NCBI GenBank assembly: GCA_976551045.1
Contig: CDPCPM010000344.1
Coordinates: forward strand, 14,136,001 to 14,200,000
Direction of reading: 5' to 3'
Source of the DNA: Glaucostegus cemiculus
Taxonomy: Eukaryota
DNA length: 64,000 nucleotides
The notes beneath the pieces are model-generated. The model saw only the letters and a program-made list of their open reading frames with translations. It did no database searches and had not been told where the DNA came from. Position numbers and translations under genes: made by a program. Shown here piece by piece: positions 63,675 to 64,000 of this stretch; the stretch's first letter is position 1; each line of letters opens with the position of its first letter.

Positions 63675-64000
63675 GTGCTCTCTGGAGTCCATTCCTGATG
63701 TCAGCTTGGCTCAGTGTCACTGTCACTTGTGAGTGACCTCCCCACTACCCCTCCTGGGACATGAACAATCTAAATTGACTCTGCACTGTAGTAATGGAGG
63801 AATGTTACCTTTTTGTACATGCCGCCTTTCAGATGGGACAATAAACCAAAGCTCCATCTTCCTGTTGAGATAGGCCAATAAATTTGCATGGTACTATTTA
63901 AAGAAGCTTGACATTAATCCCTCAACCAAGAGTTTTAATGCTGATTAAATGGTCAATTGGATCATTGTTCTTTGTTGGACTCTTGCTGATACCAGACATG
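63675..64000 (+). mobile_element. Ancient DeuSINE (SacSINE1/AmnSINE1-like) remnant
   Basis: tcagcttggctcagt head and gccgcctttcagatgggacaataaacc...catggtactatttaaagaag...atccctcaacc resemble the recalled Deu-domain consensus. Confidence 0.55.

Noticed and set aside
1-64000. CRISPR arrays, operons, viral or intact autonomous transposon ORFs
   Set aside because: No regularly spaced repeats and no long ORFs; all RT-like pieces are frameshifted remnants.

Overview
This is eukaryotic, AT-rich, intron- and repeat-dominated vertebrate DNA. The repeat landscape (tRNA-derived HE1-like SINEs, DeuSINE/SacSINE1-like, CR1, RTE, Rex1/Babar and Penelope-type remnants) points to a cartilaginous fish; this is an inference. 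Two minus-strand genes can be built exon by exon with canonical splice sites and consistent phases. (1) A complete FBLIM1/migfilin has 7 coding exons from 55661 to 34233 (1122 nt, 373 aa): a filamin-binding N-terminus, LPPPP motifs and 3 LIM domains. (2) The 5' part of SPEN/SHARP has exons 1-3 at 25200-25118, 13379-13059 and 10793-10323 and continues off the left edge, driven by a CpG-island promoter at about 24.8-26.2 kb. The FBLIM1-then-SPEN order matches human 1p36. There is no prokaryotic-type system, CRISPR array or intact transposon. The most interesting candidates are regulatory: a repeat-free, exon-like 1.3-kb block in SPEN intron 2 with splice sites that would give poison or +14-aa isoforms; uORFs abutting the SPEN start; a duplicated heat-shock element with YY1/NRF1 sites and a probable divergent transcript; a CpG-retaining element in SPEN intron 1; a perfect 65-bp inverted repeat and a 105-bp duplication in the FBLIM1 last intron; and a diverged duplication bracketing the putative FBLIM1 promoter. 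All comparisons to known genes and repeats are from recall, not from a search.
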